From contig JANPJS010000317.1 in the NCBI GenBank assembly GCA_031425655.1, positions 1-20,759 on the forward strand: a stretch of 20,759 bases of DNA, written 5' to 3'. A model generated the notes under the pieces. It did not search any database. It saw only the letters and a list, made by a program, of their open reading frames with translations, and was not told the DNA's origin. The position numbers and the translations under genes are program-made. Positions 16,900 to 20,759 of this stretch are shown piece after piece (the first letter of the stretch is position 1; every line of letters starts with the position of its first letter). Source of the DNA: Abditibacteriaceae bacterium. Its GTDB lineage: Bacteria; Armatimonadota; Abditibacteriia; Abditibacteriales; Abditibacteriaceae.

Positions 16900-18399
16900 T
16901 TAAGCTTTGACCAGCAAAATCCAAAATCGGTCACGGTAAACCTCGCGCCAACGCCCGGAACGACTTAAGAAAGCGAGCAGACGGCTGTGACGTTGGTGGT
17001 GAATGAGAAACCCGTCGAGACGATATTTAGCGATCAGCTTGGCGCGGTCGCCAGTTGCATAGCGCAGATTTCCGGCATCAATCCATTGCTGCGAAGGATA
17101 AAACTCAAAGCGCGTGTCAATGAAAATCTTCTGTTCGGGCGCCGCCCACATAAGATAACTGCCGGTCGCCTCATCGTGCCATAATCGCTGAGGTCGGATG
17201 TCCGGCGGTAACTTTCGCAGCTTTTCCACGGCTTGAAACGGCGTTTCTTCATCGGCTAAAGCACCGATTTGAGCCGGCAGTCCCAGCGCCGGCTTCCACC
17301 ACGGCAACACCGCGACGGGCATCAGCCATACCAAAAACAGCAGCGCGAGATTGAAAGCAGGCCGATCCTCGGCTGCTTTGCCGTGCGCGCGGCGCGGCGC
17401 TAACGCAACGCAGAATACGGGAAACGCCGCCATCGCAAACCATAAAATGCTGCGTCCTTCACGCATCGCTTGGGCCGCGAAAGGCAGCGTGACCAGCGCG
17501 TCGGTTAGCGTCAGGAATTGGCGACGGCGCCACACGACGATTAAAAATGCCAGTAAAAACACATAAAAATAAACGCCGCCAAACGTCGTTAAATCGGGTT
17601 TGAGCCATTCGGAGGAAAAGCGCGTTTGCGGCGCATTGAGCACGAATTGCACATAATCCAGCACGCCGATGCCGCGCGGATTCACAAAAATCGCCGCGCC
17701 GCACAGCGCGCCGCACCAGATTAGCGAAGCCAATTCCCTGCGCGTCAAAAATCCCGGCGCGCGCCGCGCGTGGCGAATTGCTTCGCCGATGATCGTCAGC
17801 GAGAGCAGTATCAATCCGAGCGGAAACGAGCCGTGCGCGTTGGCCCAGAACACTTCGATGAGCGGCAATAACCAGATCGCGCGCGGCCACCAACGCAACC
17901 GATAAGCGGTGAGAATCGTTACGAAAGCCGCGAAGCACGGCAAAGCAAAGCTTTGAGGACGCACCAGCCAGTTGTCGAACGAAACCGGCATCACGCCGAG
18001 CAGTAAAACGGCGGCGCAAATCTTCGCATGGCCCGAACGACGCGCCGACAGCCACAATAATCCCGCGTAACTGCCGCCGACGAGCAAGCATTGCGCGAAG
18101 ATGATGAGTGGCAGCCCGCCCAGTTGATATAAGCGAAACAGCAGCCATTGCGACAGCCACATCTGGTCGAAAAAAGGCTTTCCCGACTGCGTGTAAGAGT
18201 AATAATCGAGGACAGGCACTTGGCCTTCCCCAACGATGCGCCGGCCCTGCGCGAGATGCCACCAGAAGTCATGCGGCGCAATCGGCATGAGCAGCAAACG
18301 CAGCGTCACCAGCGCCAACGCGACGAGCGCGTAAGTCAATGGCAGGTCGGGAGCGAAGGCGCGCCGTTTGCCGGAATCAGAGGTCATCGGCCTAAGCAT
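16900..18399 (-). CDS. Polytopic membrane protein, possibly GT-C-fold glycosyltransferase-like
   Basis: Many TM segments; DFWWHL..G motif after TM1, RPQ, WANAH, SEW, FIDTR.E.Y motifs; function inferred only. Confidence 0.7.
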   Translation of the reverse strand: MLRPMTSDSGKRRAFAPDLPLTYALVALALVTLRLLLMPIAPHDFWWHLAQGRRIVGEGQVPVLDYYSYTQSGKPFFDQMWLSQWLLFRLYQLGGLPLIIFAQCLLVGGSYAGLLWLSARRSGHAKICAAVLLLGVMPVSFDNWLVRPQSFALPCFAAFVTILTAYRLRWWPRAIWLLPLIEVFWANAHGSFPLGLILLSLTIIGEAIRHARRAPGFLTRRELASLIWCGALCGAAIFVNPRGIGVLDYVQFVLNAPQTRFSSEWLKPDLTTFGGVYFYVFLLAFLIVVWRRRQFLTLTDALVTLPFAAQAMREGRSILWFAMAAFPVFCVALAPRRAHGKAAEDRPAFNLALLFLVWLMPVAVLPWWKPALGLPAQIGALADEETPFQAVEKLRKLPPDIRPQRLWHDEATGSYLMWAAPEQKIFIDTRFEFYPSQQWIDAGNLRYATGDRAKLIAKYRLDGFLIHHQRHSRLLAFLSRSGRWREVYRDRFWILLVKA

Positions 18400-18422
18400 A
18401 AAATAATCCGCAGAACACGCCC

Positions 18423-18839
18423 ATGAATAATAACCAACACTGGCTGCTTTACGACGGCAACTGCCCGATGTGCCGCCGTTGCGCGTCCTGGATAAAACGC
18501 CGCGACGCGCACAACGAATTTATCGCCGCTCCCGCCGCGACTGCTCCGGCGCCGCCCGCCGGGCCGATGACGCCGCAACTGCGCGCAGCCTGCGAAAGCG
18601 CGGCTCACGTTGTCACAGCGCGCGGCGAAATTCTGCGCGGCGGCAACGCGGTGCTTTTTGTGTTGAGCCGCGTGCTGCCCACGCCGCTGCGCCCATGGGC
18701 CAGAGGGCTGCGCCGCGCGCCGTGGATTTGGCCGATAGAAATCATTTATTCATTGGTCGCCAAAAACCGTATGCGCATCGGACGCTTCATTTTGCCCAAT
18801 GAACCTATGGCCGTGCCGGAGCGATTCGATGAACAATGA
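18423..18839 (+). CDS. DCC1-like (DUF393) thiol-disulfide oxidoreductase
   Basis: LLYDGNCPMC (DxxCxxC) and C-terminal Y.LVAKNR motifs. Confidence 0.85.
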   Translation: MNNNQHWLLYDGNCPMCRRCASWIKRRDAHNEFIAAPAATAPAPPAGPMTPQLRAACESAAHVVTARGEILRGGNAVLFVLSRVLPTPLRPWARGLRRAPWIWPIEIIYSLVAKNRMRIGRFILPNEPMAVPERFDEQ

Positions 18840-19584
18840 CACGGCGAACAATGACACGGCAGGCCGGCGCGTGGTAATGCGCCCGGCGTGGCATCACCTT
18901 CTCTTTTTGCACTGGGAAACTCAAGCCGAAGCACTGCAACAACTGCTTCCCGCCGGTCTGGAAGTTGATCTCTTCGACGGTCGAGCCTACGTCGGACTGG
19001 TGCCATTTACCATGCGACATCTGCGTCCTCGCGGCCTGCCCCATTTGCCTCATCTGAGCCACGGCCACGAGAATTTTCACGAAGTTAATGTGCGAACGTA
19101 TGTGCGGCATCCGCATTACGGGCCGGGTGTCTGGTTTTTCAGTCTCGATGCAGCCAGCAGCCTCGCGGTTTGCGCTGCGCGTCTCTGGTATAAGCTGCCG
19201 TATTTTTACGCTTCAATGAGCCTTAACTCGCGCCGCACGGCTCAAAGCACCATTTATGATTATCATTCGCAGCGCTGTTGGCCGCGTCCCGTGCCCGCCG
19301 CGTGCAATATTTCTTACGCGCCCACAGGCACACCGACGCAGGCCACGCCCGGCACGCTGGAATATTTTCTGGTCGAACGCTACCTGCTTTATTCTTATTC
19401 GCGCGGGCATTTATTCGCCGGTCGCGTGCGCCATAAACCCTATCCATTGCAAGAAGCGAATGTTTTCTCCTTCGAGGAAAACCTAATTCGAGCTTCCAAT
19501 ATCCAGCGGCCTGATTCTATGCCGCTGGCGCATTATGCCGGCAGCGTGCAGGTGGATATTTTCGCGCCGAAAAATATTTCATAA
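18829..19584 (+). CDS. DUF2071 / YqjF family protein
   Basis: W..LLFLHW, DGRAYVGLVPF.M, F.EVNVRTYV, GVWFFSLDA, FLVERY motifs; ATG 18829 overlaps the DCC gene end. Confidence 0.9.
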   Translation: MNNDTANNDTAGRRVVMRPAWHHLLFLHWETQAEALQQLLPAGLEVDLFDGRAYVGLVPFTMRHLRPRGLPHLPHLSHGHENFHEVNVRTYVRHPHYGPGVWFFSLDAASSLAVCAARLWYKLPYFYASMSLNSRRTAQSTIYDYHSQRCWPRPVPAACNISYAPTGTPTQATPGTLEYFLVERYLLYSYSRGHLFAGRVRHKPYPLQEANVFSFEENLIRASNIQRPDSMPLAHYAGSVQVDIFAPKNIS

Positions 19585-19648
19585 ATTGCCTCGTCTTCAA
19601 TTGAAATATACGATAGAAAAACCATTAAACGCCCCTCCAATAACTCCA

Positions 19649-19720
19649 CAGCGGGGGCGGGGATCGAACCCGCGCTCTTCCGATTAACAATCGGACGCCT
19701 TACCACTTGGCCACCCCGCT
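19649..19720 (-). tRNA. tRNA-Asn(GTT)
   Basis: AGCGGGG/CCCCGCT acceptor, TCCGA-TTGTTAA-TCGGA anticodon arm, GGTTCGATCC T-arm, G73; CCA not encoded. Confidence 0.93.
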
Positions 19721-19745
19721 AAAACGTAAAAATACTCGGTAGAAA

Positions 19746-19817
19746 TGGGCCGCAAAGGAGTCGAACCTTTGCCTGTCAGATTAAAAGTCTGCGATGCTGC
19801 CTTTACACCAGCGGCCC
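19746..19817 (-). tRNA. tRNA-Lys(TTT)
   Basis: GGGCCGC/GCGGCCC acceptor, GCAGA-CTTTTAA-TCTGA anticodon arm, AAAGG-TTCGACT-CCTTT T-arm, A73; CCA not encoded. Confidence 0.9.
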
Positions 19818-19818
19818 G

Positions 19819-19893
19819 ATAGAATTGTGAATTAAGAATATAGAATTTAGAAAATAGATTTCTAAATTCTTCATTCAAAATTCTCAATTCTAT
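19819..19893. repeat. Inverted array of NNGAATT heptamers forming an AT-rich hairpin in the Ser-Lys spacer
   Basis: TAGAATT GTGAATT AAGAATA TAGAATT TAGAAA, then the reverse units; 19842-19853 / 19859-19870 pair perfectly, as do 19819-19827 / 19885-19893. Confidence 0.8.
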
Positions 19894-19896
19894 TCA

Positions 19897-19979
19897 CGGA
19901 AGGGACAGGATTCGAACCTGCATAGCCAGAGGCTTATCTGTTTTCAAGACAGACGGGGTGCCAATTCCCCAACCTTTCC
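19897..19979 (-). tRNA. tRNA-Ser(TGA)
   Basis: GGAAAGG/CCCTTCC acceptor (one A-C mismatch), TCTGT-CTTGAAA-ACAGA anticodon arm, variable arm AGCC-TCT-GGCT, G73; CCA not encoded. Confidence 0.9.
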
Positions 19980-19991
19980 TCAATATAAGCC

Positions 19992-20062
19992 CTGCCCGGC
20001 CTGGACTCGAACCAGGATTAACGGAGTCAAAGTCCGCCGTCCTACCATTAGACGACCGGGCA
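19992..20062 (-). tRNA. tRNA-Gln(TTG)
   Basis: TGCCCGG/CCGGGCA acceptor (U1-A72), GCGGA-CTTTGAC-TCCGT anticodon arm, CCTGG-TTCGAGT-CCAGG T-arm; CCA not encoded. Confidence 0.94.
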
Positions 20063-20073
20063 AAAATCACCGA

Positions 20074-20145
20074 CGGGGACAGCGGGAATCGAACCCGCTC
20101 CGACAGGCCGACAACCTGCTGTGCTGACCGTTACACCATGCCCCC
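20074..20145 (-). tRNA. tRNA-Asp(GTC)
   Basis: GGGGGCA/TGTCCCC acceptor, GCAGG-TTGTCGG-CCTGT anticodon arm, GCGGG-TTCGATT-CCCGC T-arm, G73; CCA not encoded. Confidence 0.9.
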
Positions 20146-20174
20146 AAATTTTCACAAGCCTCGATATCGTGCAA

Positions 20175-20268
20175 TATAGCGTTTCTCAGAAAAGATGCAC
20201 CATTGCGAAGCGAATCTTAAACGTCCCGCTCGCACTTTGATGTTGCATTCAATCTGAGAAACGCTATA
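20175..20268. mobile_element. 94-bp MITE-like hairpin element with TA ends (IS630-like)
   Basis: Perfect 16-bp terminal inverted repeat TATAGCGTTTCTCAGA (20175-20190 / 20253-20268), extending imperfectly inwards. Confidence 0.55.
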
Positions 20269-20311
20269 AAAACAAAAAAGCCCGCTGCCGGAATATCCTC
20301 GGCAGCGGGCT
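20268..20311 (-). terminator. Intrinsic terminator (attenuator) between the leader ORF and the tRNA array
   Basis: 12-bp stem AGCCCGCTGCCG/CGGCAGCGGGCT (20279-20290 / 20300-20311), running on the minus strand into TTTTTTGTTTTT. Confidence 0.88.
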
Positions 20312-20339
20312 GGAGCGCACGACACGTCACGACAAAAAT

Positions 20340-20510
20340 CTATTTTCGTCGTTTGCGATGAGCCTCAGCCTGCTGAGCCAAGAATATATTCTGCGAATTG
20401 GTTTGATTCTTTTTATCCGATGCCGAACGCGAGACGCCGCCAAGCGACACGGATAGAATCGCGCGTTGCTGACAATCGGAATTTGAAAAGTGGTTCAGAA
20501 CGGTAAACAT
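20340..20510 (-). CDS. Putative 56-aa attenuator leader peptide of the tRNA array (absent from ORF track)
   Basis: MFTVLNHFSNSDCQQRAILSVSLGGVSRSASDKKNQTNSQNIFLAQQAEAHRKRRK*; lies between promoter and terminator; 25/56 codons are Asp/Gln/Ser/Lys/Asn; no clear SD. Confidence 0.6.
   Translation of the reverse strand: MFTVLNHFSNSDCQQRAILSVSLGGVSRSASDKKNQTNSQNIFLAQQAEAHRKRRK
20366..20387 (-). promoter_or_regulatory. Antiterminator segment
   Basis: AUAUUCUUGGC(UC)AGCAGGCUG can pair with CAGCCCGCUGCCGAGGAUAU (20312-20293; terminator 5' arm plus loop) with 2 G-U pairs, 1 mismatch and a 2-nt bulge. Confidence 0.65.
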
Positions 20511-20563
20511 GGTCGTCGAAAAAAATCAAAATTTGTGTCGCATATTTCAGCAGACAAGCGAAT

Positions 20564-20592
20564 AATATATTTCTTTATTTATAGTCTGTCAA
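20564..20592 (-). promoter_or_regulatory. Near-consensus sigma70 promoter of the leader/tRNA operon
   Basis: TTGACA (20592-20587)-N17-TATATT (20569-20564). Confidence 0.8.
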
Positions 20593-20759
20593 GAGTTAAG
20601 CCGAAAATATTATAAATTGGTGTTGGTTCACAGGTAGTTGTAGGCGCAGTGTAGGTTATATTCGTGCAAGAACAGGCGCAAGCAGGTTTCGTGCATGACA
20701 TCACACTTGGAAAAGGAGAGCGTTTTACGAGTAAAGCGCCCTAATCGTTGGCGTAGAGT

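Noticed and set aside
18831..18860. 15-bp tandem duplication GAACAATGACACGGC at the DCC/DUF2071 junction
   Set aside because: Only two copies and in frame; a simple slippage duplication with no evident function.
19897..19979. tRNA with TGA in the loop as a selenocysteine or opal suppressor tRNA
   Set aside because: TGA is the anticodon (reads UCA, Ser); tRNA-Sec would need anticodon TCA and an 8-bp acceptor stem.
20526..20543. Tiny uORF MRHKF* upstream of and in frame with the leader peptide
   Set aside because: Too short to distinguish from chance; no SD or supporting structure.
20630..20745. Short repeated words (GTAG, AGGCGCA, TTCGTGCA) and an AAGGAG near the window end
   Set aside because: Irregular spacing and a truncated context; cannot be supported as an operator, CRISPR or gene.

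Overview
Bacterial chromosomal window, moderately GC-rich; gene content and repeat style tentatively suggest Armatimonadota/Abditibacteriota (inference only). It contains: the str operon (rpsL-rpsG-fusA, minus); two small coiled-coil ORFs; a DUF348/G5/3D cell-wall protein; a PhyH dioxygenase; a minus-strand run of a group-3 sigma factor fused to a degenerate GGDEF domain, a BrnT/BrnA-like TA pair, cysS and a receiver protein; a two-cassette integron-type array (attI-like site, 2 attC, no intI) carrying a Cys-rich orphan and a DUF433/DUF5615 TA with a frameshifted toxin; an mhq-like dioxygenase/hydrolase/flavin reductase cluster; WD40, membrane, DCC and DUF2071 genes; and a five-tRNA array (Asp, Gln, Ser, Lys, Asn). 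The best candidate for an undescribed system is upstream of the tRNA array. A near-consensus promoter drives a 56-aa leader ORF whose run SDKKNQTNSQN is built almost entirely from the five amino acids of the array tRNAs. That run is followed immediately by an antiterminator complementary to an intrinsic terminator in front of the tRNAs, which suggests a codon-sensing attenuator controlling a back-up tRNA set.
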